The notes: generated by a model from the sequence alone, not told the origin. Shown: positions 48,244 through 57,354, counted from the first letter of the stretch. The stretch is 64,000 nucleotides of DNA from a phage (GCA_004257845.1 GCA_004257845.1_4800.1), one strand, 5' to 3'. Translations and numbers: made by a program.

Positions 48244-48479
48244 TGGAAGATTATATCAATGCTATGTATATGGCATTCTATGTCGTGCAACTTCCGAATG
48301 GCGCGGTATTCTATGGCGAGTATACCTTTGACGTTCAATATGACGTTTCAGAGCGTACAGTGTTAACAAGGGAGTTGATTGCTGACCTTAAGGACGACAT
48401 CAAACGCGTCGCGCGGCAGCAGTTCAATTTGGATGACACCGTCATCGTTCGAATTACTGGAATAACAGAGGTGCAGTGA
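48243..48479 (+). CDS. hypothetical protein
   Basis: ATG 48243 (internal Met of track ORF 48129-48479). Confidence 0.35.
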   Translation: MEDYINAMYMAFYVVQLPNGAVFYGEYTFDVQYDVSERTVLTRELIADLKDDIKRVARQQFNLDDTVIVRITGITEVQ

Positions 48480-48808
48480 TGACCCGTGATCAGATACTTG
48501 CCGCGTATGAGCGTAGGAAGGTGAACGAAATCTGGAAAAGACACAACGCCTTTGCCGAGTCCTATTACTTCTTAAAGAGGTGCATAAAAGAGAATGTGAG
48601 GATGGGCGATACCGTTTTGACATTTAACATTTTGTCTTATGGTAATAAGCTTAATGCAATATATGCTTGTCGACTAGCCAACATGAAGTTCGATAGAGGA
48701 GGTGACGGAGAGTTGACCATCTATCGATTCTCTCACCGGACGGGTGATACAAAGATAACAAGGACACGTGACCAGATAGAGATTGACCTACTCCACTATG
48801 TAAAATGA
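48476..48808 (+). CDS. hypothetical protein
   Basis: ORF with 4-nt overlap. Confidence 0.4.
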   Translation: MMTRDQILAAYERRKVNEIWKRHNAFAESYYFLKRCIKENVRMGDTVLTFNILSYGNKLNAIYACRLANMKFDRGGDGELTIYRFSHRTGDTKITRTRDQIEIDLLHYVK

Positions 48809-48826
48809 ATATCAAAAAGGTGATTT

Positions 48827-49021
48827 ATGAGTGTTAAACTAGACATACAGAAAACTCTTGATAAGGCCGCTGCAATAAAGAACTTCATGGATTGTTACGC
48901 CAGTTGCACGCTTTATGGAAGCGTTCCAAACGGCGACGTAAGACCGGAAAGTATGCTTGAGTGGCTTGTTGAGCATCGCTACATAATCGACATAGTTGAT
49001 GAATACATAAAGCAGAAATGA
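48827..49021 (+). CDS. hypothetical protein
   Basis: ORF preceded by AAAAAGGTGA element. Confidence 0.4.
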   Translation: MSVKLDIQKTLDKAAAIKNFMDCYASCTLYGSVPNGDVRPESMLEWLVEHRYIIDIVDEYIKQK

Positions 49022-49106
49022 ATATCAAAAAGGTGAGCTAAATGCTTGCCTTTTCTTTTATCAATATTTATACTCTTTTCATCAATACGAACAAGTGAGG
49101 TGAATT

Positions 49107-49424
49107 ATGATTTACTTAGGCATCGACAAGGAACAGGACGAGCGGTTAGGAAGCGTGTTAAACGTAGACTTGAACACAGCTGTACACACCAAGCCTTGGC
49201 CAGAGGGCCACCCCGACGTAGTTGTACCCGTTGCACCTTGGACGCGTTACGTGGCCATTGACGATAACGGCCTTGTTCATTGTTACTCAGAAAAGCCGAC
49301 ATACTTCGAAAAGTATCACCAATGGCTCATGACTGGATGGGCAAAGGTGCGCTGTTGCGGCGAAGTCGGTCTGGATGGCTGGAGCTTCGAGGCTAGTGAA
49401 TCGTGTGTCGAGGTGCAATTATGA
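49107..49424 (+). CDS. hypothetical protein
   Basis: ORF preceded by AGTGAGGTGA. Confidence 0.4.
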   Translation: MIYLGIDKEQDERLGSVLNVDLNTAVHTKPWPEGHPDVVVPVAPWTRYVAIDDNGLVHCYSEKPTYFEKYHQWLMTGWAKVRCCGEVGLDGWSFEASESCVEVQL

Positions 49425-49639
49425 ATGCCGCGCTGGGTAAGTTGTCTTTTAATAAGCGCAATGAGTTGCGTATGGTGTCGGCTTTTCAGCGCACCCTTAA
49501 TGCCATGTCAAGCATTGCAATGACAATTCTTCGTGCCGATTGTCCTGAAGAAGAACGTGAGTGCTTGTACGCAAGACACAAACAACTAAACAAAGCTGCA
49601 TTCAAGTTGCAGCAATATGCTATGGAGTATGCGAAATGA
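49421..49639 (+). CDS. hypothetical protein
   Basis: ATG 49421 overlapping previous stop (ATGA). Confidence 0.35.
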   Translation: MNAALGKLSFNKRNELRMVSAFQRTLNAMSSIAMTILRADCPEEERECLYARHKQLNKAAFKLQQYAMEYAK

Positions 49640-50019
49640 GAATGAAGCGTTGCCCTTACTGCCACGATGTGATGCACCTTCCACACGAAGAGTTTGTGCA
49701 GCACATGACTGACTGTGATAAGAATCCTAATAGCGAAAGCCAACTTGAAGAAAGAATGTTCTTGGTGTCATTCAAAGCTTCTGCTTATGAAGTGCAACGT
49801 TCTTACGGCGCACCAAGTACGATTTACTGTCCAACAACATTGAGAAGCGACATCGACTCAATTCAGCTTGCGGCCTGGATTAACGTTAAGGAAGGAATCA
49901 CGCCGCACTTTATTGCGCGCATCCAATCTCAGATTCTACAAATCAAGCGCGAATACAACCGTGACATCACTGAAGTGAAGGTGTTGTCTATCACGCCGAT
50001 GAATAAGGAGTTGCCGTGA
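49636..50019 (+). CDS. putative zinc-binding protein, hypothetical
   Basis: ATG 49636; N-terminal CPYCHDVMHLPHEEFVQHMTDC. Confidence 0.4.
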   Translation: MRMKRCPYCHDVMHLPHEEFVQHMTDCDKNPNSESQLEERMFLVSFKASAYEVQRSYGAPSTIYCPTTLRSDIDSIQLAAWINVKEGITPHFIARIQSQILQIKREYNRDITEVKVLSITPMNKELP

Positions 50020-50276
50020 ACAAGGGTCCGATGACCAAGTTGGCCGTTGGCGCGCGGAAGCTTCGACAAGCCGTTAATGGGTCGCGGCCCGTGGCGTTAA
50101 CACTAGACGATGCAAAGGCACTGGTAGAGCTACTCGACGAGCACAACCGACGCAAGAATCTGGAGAACACATTACGCTGGCGCGTTACTCCGAAAGGGCG
50201 GGAGAGCGAAAAGAAAGCTTACTTGCGACGCAAACTAAGGTCGGTCGGCCTTCACGAAGAGGCGAAGAAGATTTGA
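50016..50276 (+). CDS. basic small protein, hypothetical
   Basis: ORF with 4-nt overlap. Confidence 0.4.
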   Translation: MNKGPMTKLAVGARKLRQAVNGSRPVALTLDDAKALVELLDEHNRRKNLENTLRWRVTPKGRESEKKAYLRRKLRSVGLHEEAKKI

Positions 50277-50348
50277 TTCAAAAAGGTGAGCTAAATGCTT
50301 GCCTTTTTATTTACCTGTATTATACTTAGTTCATCAAGCAAAGGAGAA

Positions 50349-50657
50349 ATGATTATGAGTTACGACGAAAGGTTTGGCAGAAGCGGATTATTTCATGACG
50401 CTGTACACAAAGACAGCAAAGATGTTGTCTGCGCATTCAAGGTTGATTCTTACGGTACGCTGAAACCTTTTAAGGTCGGCGAAACATACAAGCTGTTTCA
50501 CGGATGGTTAACGCGTCGCAACAACTTGCCTGACATGGAAGTCTGGTGGATAGAATACAATGGTCAGGCTCATCGGTGCAAGGTTGTAGAGGTGCGCGGC
50601 GTGACCTACTACCAATCTGTTATCAGCGGCTTTGTTTTTAAAGAGGGTGAGTTATGA
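50349..50657 (+). CDS. hypothetical protein
   Basis: ATG 50349 preceded by AAGGAG. Confidence 0.4.
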   Translation: MIMSYDERFGRSGLFHDAVHKDSKDVVCAFKVDSYGTLKPFKVGETYKLFHGWLTRRNNLPDMEVWWIEYNGQAHRCKVVEVRGVTYYQSVISGFVFKEGEL

Positions 50658-50959
50658 GCACCAAAGCGATGAAGATTAAGTTGTTGAAGGTGATGCAGGC
50701 CGCTGTAGAGTGCGGCGCTATTCAGGAGTTCAAAGAGACTCAAGAAGGCGGTGAGCCAGTATTCTTCTTTAAGAATAAGAAAGGTGCGGCAGTTGCGTTG
50801 ATGCTCTTGAAGAACAGCGACACGACCTTTATTCTTTGCGCAGGCGGTTATGACCTTGTTGCCGATGACGCTTACATCACCTGCGCGACGGGCCTTAATC
50901 CTATGTTAACGTTCGAGCGTCGCGGTATTCGTGTTGCGACATTTGGAGGCTGTTTATGA
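50654..50959 (+). CDS. hypothetical protein (N-terminal module shared with 51469 product)
   Basis: KLLKVMQAAVECGAIQEFKE resembles QLEAVLEMAVKAGAIKSWRRE of the 51469-51972 product. Confidence 0.4.
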   Translation: MSTKAMKIKLLKVMQAAVECGAIQEFKETQEGGEPVFFFKNKKGAAVALMLLKNSDTTFILCAGGYDLVADDAYITCATGLNPMLTFERRGIRVATFGGCL

Positions 50960-51252
50960 AACTAAGTTTAGCACAAGTCCAAACATTATACCGTATGGAA
51001 GACGGGACGCGATATATGTTGCGTGGCGATTGCAAGAAGGCTCATGAGAAGCGCCCATCGCTGTTTCATGACGTCAATGCACCATCAATCCCTGTTTTGT
51101 TTCGCCTTGGGCTTGTTGATTGGGCGGTTCAAGGAGAAAAAGACCCAAGGCTATATTCATTTGTGGTGATGACAAAGAAGGGTCGCGAGGCATTACAAGG
51201 AATTAAAGAGAATATGAGAGGAGGAAAATACTATTATGACATCCAACCTTAA
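50956..51252 (+). CDS. hypothetical protein
   Basis: ORF with 4-nt overlap. Confidence 0.4.
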   Translation: MKLSLAQVQTLYRMEDGTRYMLRGDCKKAHEKRPSLFHDVNAPSIPVLFRLGLVDWAVQGEKDPRLYSFVVMTKKGREALQGIKENMRGGKYYYDIQP

Positions 51253-51472
51253 AGCCCGTTTGTTATTCATCAAGCCACATATGCCTTATAAGATTAGTAA
51301 ACGCACCTGGCTCAACATCTACAACCGCAGCGGCGACCGTTGCTTGTACAAGGCGAAGCGACGCAAGAAGGTATATTTAAAAGCGGTGATGTCGCAGCCA
51401 GTCGATGCATTCATCATCGGAGAAAATGAATTGTCAGTAGGACATCAAATCGAACTCGGAGCAAAGAAATGA
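51236..51472 (+). CDS. hypothetical protein
   Basis: ORF in early array. Confidence 0.35.
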   Translation: MTSNLKARLLFIKPHMPYKISKRTWLNIYNRSGDRCLYKAKRRKKVYLKAVMSQPVDAFIIGENELSVGHQIELGAKK

Positions 51473-51972
51473 AAATCGAACAACTCGAAGCAGTATTGGA
51501 AATGGCTGTTAAAGCAGGCGCAATCAAAAGCTGGCGTCGCGAGAAGTCGGATGACGCCGCGCACTTTTGCCGCAACTTCTATATTGTCGGCAACCTTAAC
51601 GACCACTACACCATCGAGTGGTATACTAATATGATGACGCTTAAGTCGCGCACCATGGAGCTTTGGTGCAATGACATTTGCTTATCCAACACTCATCCAT
51701 CCTACGACGTTGCATTGGCATTCTATCACGGAAGTCATCAACCAGTAGCCCACATTGGTGAGAAGCACGAATACCTGAAGGCGGGACCAGAAGATCCAAT
51801 GGAAGGTTGGATTGAATGGTCTGGCGGCAAGAATCCGGTGCCTGGTAAAAAGGTCATGTTGATGTGGAGGAATGGCGCAAAGTCATCATACGCTTTCAAT
51901 TCAAAAGGATACATATGGACTCACGACGGAAGCACCCATGACATCATCGCTTATCGCGTCGTGGAGGAATAA
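51469..51972 (+). CDS. hypothetical protein with shared C-terminal module
   Basis: C-terminal WIEWSGGKNPVPGKKV...IIAYRVVEE similar to C-terminus of 53118-53537 product. Confidence 0.4.
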   Translation: MKIEQLEAVLEMAVKAGAIKSWRREKSDDAAHFCRNFYIVGNLNDHYTIEWYTNMMTLKSRTMELWCNDICLSNTHPSYDVALAFYHGSHQPVAHIGEKHEYLKAGPEDPMEGWIEWSGGKNPVPGKKVMLMWRNGAKSSYAFNSKGYIWTHDGSTHDIIAYRVVEE

Positions 51973-52313
51973 TGGAAGAGCAAGAAGGCCGTGAGCTAAC
52001 GTTCGACGAGCAGATGCAAGAGCTTCAGCGCACATCGCCGCTGCGCGGTAAGGTTGTTGACATCGAGGCGAGAGAATCCAATCTCACCCAGTGGCGGCTC
52101 AAGTGCACCAGCGCAAGCAAGGATATGTTAAGCTTCAAAGTCGGTCAGACCTATTTGCTTTATGAGGCAAAAGGACTTATTATTGATGGAAGGCAAATTG
52201 TCTTCACGGTCGTCAGCGGAATGCGTTGGTTTGTGAAGCGTGATGTCGAGGGCCGTGACATGTTTGTCGCAGGCTTTCCAGCAACAAGATTCCAATTGGA
52301 GAAGGTTGAATGA
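51972..52313 (+). CDS. hypothetical protein
   Basis: ORF, overlapping start/stop. Confidence 0.4.
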   Translation: MEEQEGRELTFDEQMQELQRTSPLRGKVVDIEARESNLTQWRLKCTSASKDMLSFKVGQTYLLYEAKGLIIDGRQIVFTVVSGMRWFVKRDVEGRDMFVAGFPATRFQLEKVE

Positions 52314-52633
52314 AGTCTCTTCAACTGCACGCGCAATCGCTTGCATCTAAGTTCGGATTCATGGATGGTGACATCGTGTCACTTTTCTGTGAAGAAAATA
52401 ATATTGAATCAGAATTAAAGGACAAAGACTCCCACGACGTTTTAATCAAATTAGTAAGGAAGCACCTTTTGCCGCTGGTAAGTCACGTTGAGGTGTTTGA
52501 AATATCAACGATGCACAACCCGATACGTTGTGAAGATGAATTCATTGATGATATGCGTCAAAGCGATGTGCAAGTTGAAGTTGGCATCAAAGAAGTATTA
52601 CAGTGCATTAAAGAAACGGAGAAATTTGAATGA
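52310..52633 (+). CDS. hypothetical protein
   Basis: ORF with 4-nt overlap. Confidence 0.4.
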   Translation: MKSLQLHAQSLASKFGFMDGDIVSLFCEENNIESELKDKDSHDVLIKLVRKHLLPLVSHVEVFEISTMHNPIRCEDEFIDDMRQSDVQVEVGIKEVLQCIKETEKFE

Positions 52634-53121
52634 CTAACAAAACGCAGCGCATCAATTTTGAAGGTAAAGAATACGAAATAGACGCTCGTGCAAGATTTGT
52701 TGCGCGCGATTCTAACGGAACCATCTGGGCGTATGAGGGGAAACCTGCATGGAACGATTGGCGCGGCCAGTGGGGATACGAAGTCGGCGATTCGCTTTGG
52801 TGCAAGCAAATTGGTGATGGAAAGATGTTTGAAGAGAACAGACCCGCATCACGCGATTCATTGAAGGAAGTGGCAGAAATCAAAATCCAGGACCCAACGC
52901 CGTCGACCGATAATCAATACGCAGTCGGGCAACGTGACATCGAGCAACTCGACGAGGGCGGCTATTATACGCGCCACATCTATGCTATGACTCAAGAAGG
53001 ACTTTACAGCAAGTCGGACATTGCCGCTGAACTGGCCCATCGTGACTTGCAAATTGACCTGCTCAAGATAGAAGTGCAAAACTTACGCAACACCCTTTTA
53101 AATACCTGGAGCTTAAAATGA
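52630..53121 (+). CDS. hypothetical protein
   Basis: ORF with 4-nt overlap. Confidence 0.4.
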   Translation: MTNKTQRINFEGKEYEIDARARFVARDSNGTIWAYEGKPAWNDWRGQWGYEVGDSLWCKQIGDGKMFEENRPASRDSLKEVAEIKIQDPTPSTDNQYAVGQRDIEQLDEGGYYTRHIYAMTQEGLYSKSDIAAELAHRDLQIDLLKIEVQNLRNTLLNTWSLK

Positions 53122-53537
53122 TACAGCGTTACGATGTTGATTATTGCACGCAGCACGCTTGCACTTGTGAAGTTGTAAAGGATGATGAAGGCGGCTATGT
53201 TGAATATGAGGACTATGAATCACTACTCAAGCTTAATGAGTCGCTAACAAAAGAGATTGAGCAATACCGCGAGCGCATCAAAGTCGCTGAAGATATTATC
53301 AAGCTTTTTAGCGAGGCTGTTGAGAAATACAAGGAGCGCAACGTACCGATTAAGGAGGAAGCGTGGACCGTGTGGTTTGGTGGCGTGAATCCGGTGCCTG
53401 GGAAGATGGTTGAGTTTGAATTACTCAACGGTTATAAATCAAAAGGTGCTGTTCCTTCGGATAGTTTGACATGGGATAAAGTCACAAGCCCGACTGGTGC
53501 AAAGATTGTTGCTTATCGGGTCGTTAAGGAGGGGTGA
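53118..53537 (+). CDS. hypothetical protein with shared C-terminal module
   Basis: C-terminal WTVWFGGVNPVPGKMV...IVAYRVVKEG similar to 51469 product. Confidence 0.4.
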   Translation: MIQRYDVDYCTQHACTCEVVKDDEGGYVEYEDYESLLKLNESLTKEIEQYRERIKVAEDIIKLFSEAVEKYKERNVPIKEEAWTVWFGGVNPVPGKMVEFELLNGYKSKGAVPSDSLTWDKVTSPTGAKIVAYRVVKEG

Positions 53538-53986
53538 TGGGTAAACGGCTTATCGCCGCTGGTTGGGCCATACCGAAGTGGGGCCATCGTGCGCATTACT
53601 TTGACGAAGGAGAAGTGCAAAGCCTTTGTGGTCGCGCAACATACTTCGGTGATGAGCGCGTCAGCGGCGATTACATCGACTCGCTTTTAGGCAAAGGTGA
53701 TTGCAAGAAATGTCAGGATATATTAAGAGATATTCTTACGCAAAGAGGATTGCTTGAGCTTGATGAATCGGAGGAAGTAATTGAACTTAAGCTTGAAGCG
53801 AATTACCTTATTTATACGTTCAAGAACTATTACGCAACTAATATGCGCTCAAAAATGAGCGAGGAAGTAATAGAAAAGGTGTTCACCTACAATCCGCTAA
53901 GGATGAATAAAACTAAATTGAAGAAGTTTAATATAATGTTAAGGAAAGAATTTAAAAGGCTTGGAGTGAAGAATTTTATATTTTAA
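53534..53986 (+). CDS. hypothetical protein
   Basis: Last ORF of early array, followed by strong terminator. Confidence 0.4.
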   Translation: MMGKRLIAAGWAIPKWGHRAHYFDEGEVQSLCGRATYFGDERVSGDYIDSLLGKGDCKKCQDILRDILTQRGLLELDESEEVIELKLEANYLIYTFKNYYATNMRSKMSEEVIEKVFTYNPLRMNKTKLKKFNIMLRKEFKRLGVKNFIF

Positions 53987-54003
53987 TAGTGATTAATGTT
54001 AAG

Positions 54004-54027
54004 AGGGCCGATTGGCCCTTTTTGTTT
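54004..54027 (+). terminator. rho-independent terminator ending the + strand early gene array
   Basis: Stem AGGGCC / GGCCCT with 4-nt loop followed by TTTTTGTTT. Confidence 0.65.
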
Positions 54028-54312
54028 GCCTGTGGAATGTGAGGCTTTATTATCGGATAAAGCGATTGATTTGTGTAAATCTATTAGAGGGTCGTGGGTA
54101 GTAAGGATTGTGACGTGAATTTTGTGTCTTGAATATGTGTGCGAATTTGGAAGAATATTGTACTGTGGTGCTGTGGGATTGGAGAGGGAATCACTAGGAA
54201 TTGGAGCGTGTACCGTGGTGTGTGGTCCTGTAGGCTGCGCCGTATATGGGATTGTCGCTTGAAACTAAAAAGGAGATATAGTTAGCTGGCTAACCTTACG
54301 CATAGAATTTAA

Positions 54313-54604
54313 GCGTATAATGACGTAAGATTTGGACCTATCCGTAGTTCACTCCACACACTTCTATGGTGCGCCGCGACTGGGTTCAGTGGTACATCTT
54401 ACGGATGATACGGATGATACGCGTCGCCGCTATACTTTATACAACTTTGAAAAAACAATTAACTCCATTTTGAATTAATTTAAATTAATTTTTTTCTACA
54501 TCCTCATACTTATACTAAACTTATATTTATACGTATTATCCGTAAGATATAAGTAAAAACAAAGACTTGCGGCAATACGGATGATACGTCATGATACGCT
54601 TCGA
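54313..54604. repeat. iteron-like region 2 (diverged paralog of region 1)
   Basis: GCGTATAATGACGTA at 54313-54327; TACGGATGATACGGATGATACGCGT at 54400-54424; AT-rich stretch about 54430-54530; inverted TATTATCCGTAAGAT at 54533-54547; ACGGATGATACGTCATGATACGC at 54578-54600. Confidence 0.7.
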
Positions 54605-54710
54605 CCAGCCAGCAGCGGCTAAGTCATTGATTTGCATAACAAGCGGCGAAAGGGATGGATTTCTTTTATACGTATCAAACAGTACACCACGCACCACGGT
54701 CCGCAATCCT

Positions 54711-56283
54711 ATTTGCACTATGATTTGTGTACGTTTATAGCCATAATGAACATCAATCTGCACTTGAATATAATGTCCATCCATTGTATAATTCACACTA
54801 TTAATTTGCACTATGGGATTTTGCACTATGAGTCAAGATTATGTAGCGATGCCTGAAGACTTTGAAGACCCGCGATTCGCAGAGCACAATCAGGCTTTAT
54901 TCGATGAGTTCATTGACCTTGTTATTCAGGGCCATGACATGCGCGCAGCTTTTGCACTAGTATTTGGAATGGAAGTTGCAACGGATAACTACACTGGCCA
55001 GCGAATCCTTTGCGCACAACGCAATCCGTACTACAAAATGCGCTTCAAAAAGCGTATGGAAGAGATGCCACTCAAGGATTTGTGGAGCGTAAAAGGTGCA
55101 ATTCACAATTTGGTCAAGCTTGTGCGTGATCCAGAAGTCGCGGCGTCAGCCAAGCTTAATGCTATTCGTGAACTGAATATCATCTACGGCATCACGATGA
55201 TTGATGAAAACGGCAATAGTAAAATGGGCCGTTCCATGGACGATTTCTACAAGGATTTTGGAGAGGCAGCCAAAGAAGGTGAGCAATTCTCCCGCCACTA
55301 GCCAATTTGCACTATAAAACGGCCCTAGAACACATTTTCTCCACTTCTAGGGCCATCGGTAATACGACGGGGAAGGTTACAACCGTAAACGCGTTAGAAA
55401 GTGTATTATTATAAGTCATCTTTTAGTCACTTTACGTAACAATTTACGACCTTCAACCGTCCAATCGAACGACTCCACCAGCAGATTTGCACTATAACCT
55501 AAGACGATGCGCCCTTTCTCGTTATCGACCCGCCAACAAGTCTCGAATAGCATTCGATTTGCACTATTAACTATTGCCGCAACTCGCGTAGGATAAGCGC
55601 AATTTGCACTATGGTCGTAAAGGGATAAGGTGCGACCACTTCCGATGGACAACGTAGCGATGAGAATGAGTGTATTCATAAGCCACCAATTTGCACTATG
55701 AAAAGCGACCCCGAAGGGCCGCCATTCGATTAGATAATCTGGAAGGTGTAGGACTTGTTGCCGAACTCGAAGTTTAAGCGTCCAGCTTCCTTAAGCTTCA
55801 TGCGGAAGCGAATGTGCTTGCTATCCGGTAAGCCCAGCGCGGCGAACGCTACGCGGACCGATTTGAACTCGCCTACACCCTCGACCATGACACCGTTACG
55901 GGTAAGACGCTTTTGCGCCACTTCCTTATTATCCCAACTTTTTGCAATACCTTCGCTATTCGAACGGCGATGGGATGGAGTTCCATTTTGCACTACGCAA
56001 TTTGCACTATCGTTTAAACCGCTCTTAACGAAGGCTTCATACTCTTCGTCGGTCATCGCGTCGAGTTCTTCCTGGGTCGGCTCGGACTTTTTAACGACCG
56101 CACGCGCCTTATGCGTTTTTACATCGTTGGGCACTTCCTCGCGCGACTTCGCGTCTGGGATGGGCGACTCGTTGGACGGCTCATCGAGCGCGTTTAAGGA
56201 CTCGATTAACGCTATTACGCGAGTCTCGGCGGTCCGGCGGTCCGCAAATTTTTTGATCGGCTTCGAACCGGAATTTGCATTAT
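54711..56283 (+). repeat. dispersed same-orientation array of 12-bp motif AATTTGCACTAT (at least 11 copies including variants)
   Basis: Copies at about 54711, 54803, 54819, 55304, 55485, 55557, 55601, 55688, 55985, 55999, 56272, all on the + strand; several lie antisense within minus-strand ORFs. Confidence 0.75.
54813..55301 (+). CDS. hypothetical protein
   Basis: ORF; start could be ATG 54813 or 54828 (no clear SD for either); followed by hairpin 55321-55354 (10-bp stem GGCCCTAGAA / TTCTAGGGCC). Confidence 0.4.
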   Translation: MGFCTMSQDYVAMPEDFEDPRFAEHNQALFDEFIDLVIQGHDMRAAFALVFGMEVATDNYTGQRILCAQRNPYYKMRFKKRMEEMPLKDLWSVKGAIHNLVKLVRDPEVAASAKLNAIRELNIIYGITMIDENGNSKMGRSMDDFYKDFGEAAKEGEQFSRH

Positions 56284-56356
56284 AAAATGCAACGAGGTCG
56301 GCGGTCTTAGTTGCGATAACGTCGCCGCTAGTCGAGAAACGATTTAAGCTAACCAT
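55730..56356 (-). CDS. hypothetical protein (CpG-rich island)
   Basis: 208-aa ORF with distinct codon usage; contains antisense motif copies encoding SANCVVQNG. Confidence 0.4.
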   Translation of the reverse strand: MVSLNRFSTSGDVIATKTADLVAFYNANSGSKPIKKFADRRTAETRVIALIESLNALDEPSNESPIPDAKSREEVPNDVKTHKARAVVKKSEPTQEELDAMTDEEYEAFVKSGLNDSANCVVQNGTPSHRRSNSEGIAKSWDNKEVAQKRLTRNGVMVEGVGEFKSVRVAFAALGLPDSKHIRFRMKLKEAGRLNFEFGNKSYTFQII

Positions 56357-56436
56357 AATGAACTCCTATTTGTTAGGGCGCTAGGCGCGAAAGAATTTTA
56401 TTAAAGCGCCGCGCACGACGCTCTAAAAATCCTCTC

Positions 56437-56721
56437 TTACGCTTCGACGAGGGAGAAGGTCTCAAATTCTTCTTCGCCCATAACGAGTAAGATGTTACCG
56501 ATTTCGACCGCTTCGAAGAAGTATCCGTTAACGTTTACTTCGAAGGCTTCGCGGTCCGATTCCGGTAACGCCGCGTAAAGTTTAAAAGCCTCGGCGACCG
56601 TAACCCCACCCGCCTCGATAGTTTGGTCTACGTTCGCGGCGTAGACTTCGGATAAAATTTGTTTTACGCCGTAGTTCTCGACGATAGCGTTACGGATAGA
56701 AGAAACGTTAAGAATAGCCAT
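56437..56721 (-). CDS. hypothetical small protein, paralog A
   Basis: 94 aa; similar to product of 57355-57645 (SIRNAIVE/AIRSARVE, VYxxNVDxTIE, NGxxxxxxEIG). Confidence 0.45.
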   Translation of the reverse strand: MAILNVSSIRNAIVENYGVKQILSEVYAANVDQTIEAGGVTVAEAFKLYAALPESDREAFEVNVNGYFFEAVEIGNILLVMGEEEFETFSLVEA

Positions 56722-56945
56722 TTTAAACTCCTAGTTGGGAGAGGCGTTAACGACCTATTCGTTAACTCATCCCGTCCCGATATGAGTACATTATAATATA
56801 GTGTAGAAAAAAGTAAAGCACTTTTTCGATAAAGATGAGATAAATTATTTTATCTTTTTTCTTTACTTCTTCGTACACTCGCGTATACTTGTTTATATCG
56901 AGACGGGCGATGACCCTTTCTTTTACTACCATCGGGAGTTTTATT

Positions 56946-57248
56946 ATGGCTACTTTAATTTCTTCTCTTCTTACTTACGACGAAGACCGCTTAACCGTCG
57001 CTTCTCTTCTTAAAGCCGTTAACGCAGAATTAGACGGGACCGCTATTAAGGTCCGCGCGTTCGCCTTCGTCGGCCTTTCCTTCGACGATATGAAGTACGT
57101 CGAACGTAGCGCCATCCGCTTCGCGAAGACCGACGACGAAGCCGTTACCCTTATCGAAACCGTAACGCCGCGCGGCGAAGCGCTAATTATCGTCGAGTAT
57201 CTCGATATAGAAGGCTATAAAGCTTATAAACATTTTATCGCAAAATAA
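56946..57248 (+). CDS. hypothetical small protein
   Basis: ATG 56946 preceded by GGGAG; CpG-rich codon usage. Confidence 0.4.
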   Translation: MATLISSLLTYDEDRLTVASLLKAVNAELDGTAIKVRAFAFVGLSFDDMKYVERSAIRFAKTDDEAVTLIETVTPRGEALIIVEYLDIEGYKAYKHFIAK

Positions 57249-57354
57249 CGAAAAGTGCTTTACTTCTTCGTACACTAAGACTATAATGTTTTATATCGAG
57301 AGGGGATGAGGTAGCGAATAGGTCGCTACCCGCCCGACCAACTAGGAGATTATT

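Noticed and set aside
1905-54604. The two TACGGATGATACGGATGATACGCGT regions as identical terminal repeats or an assembly duplication
   Set aside because: Only the core elements are shared; flanking sequence is clearly diverged and the regions sit in different gene contexts, so they are paralogous sites.
55416-55679. 87-aa minus-strand ORF spanning the intergenic motif array
   Set aside because: Possible small secreted protein (hydrophobic N-terminus, weak GGTGG SD), but its length is largely created by three antisense motif copies (each encoding SAN); not reported as a feature without expression evidence.
54711-56283. CRISPR array interpretation of the AATTTGCACTAT repeats
   Set aside because: Repeat is only 11-12 bp, spacing is irregular (about 44-270 bp), copies lie inside protein-coding sequence, and no cas genes are present.
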